A stretch of 64,000 nucleotides of DNA from Nitrospirota bacterium (GTDB lineage: Bacteria > Nitrospirota > UBA9217). This document shows, in pieces, positions 63,936 through 64,000 of this stretch. The stretch covers positions 768,001-832,000 of the forward strand of contig CAVTRN010000002.1 in the NCBI GenBank assembly GCA_963737155.1. The letters are read 5' to 3'. The position numbers and the translations under genes were made by a program. Under the pieces are notes generated by a model that searched no databases, was not told the origin of the DNA, and saw only the letters and a program-made list of their open reading frames with translations. How positions within the stretch are numbered: position 1 is the first letter of the stretch; each line of letters starts with the position of its first letter.

Positions 63936-64000
63936 ACAATCATCGTGTCTGGACGCCTCGTTCCTGAGTACACCAGGATGCAGAAAAAAATTGCTATCCT

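Overview
Bacterial chromosomal window; the gene content suggests a Nitrospirota or deltaproteobacterial anaerobe, but this is inference. Bases 1-13 kb hold a hopanoid biosynthesis cluster (hpnG, decayed dxs, hpnI, Omp85-type barrel, hpnJ, hpnK, EamA/DMT, shc, hpnA, hpnH, CruF-like). The rest is an accessory mosaic: YeiH/PSE exporter, USP, CpXC protein behind a leaderless RAPP-ending uORF, a csp/RRM/rpsU module, envelope-stress genes (two Spy/CpxP, DegP/Q, Slp), TSUP+DUF1634, bacterioferritin, a decayed tRNA-Met half, copCD with a Met/His-rich repeat protein, and a Mg2+-type uptake operon (OprB porin, NRAMP-related transporter, soluble MgtE domain) behind a structured leader with a uORF. Further on are an IS200/IS605 element with an atypical TnpB-like gene and an adjacent 144-bp miniature element, IS110/IS3 scars, a MacAB-TolC-like efflux operon, and two Lpp/OprI-like lipoproteins beside L,D-transpeptidase genes and an S41 protease. 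There is no CRISPR array, rRNA or intact tRNA. Best novelty candidates: the RuvC-I-lacking TnpB element, the RAPP arrest-peptide candidate, the Mg-operon leader, a three-copy ECF-type promoter, and the Met/His repeat protein. All family calls come from motif recognition by eye; no searches were run.
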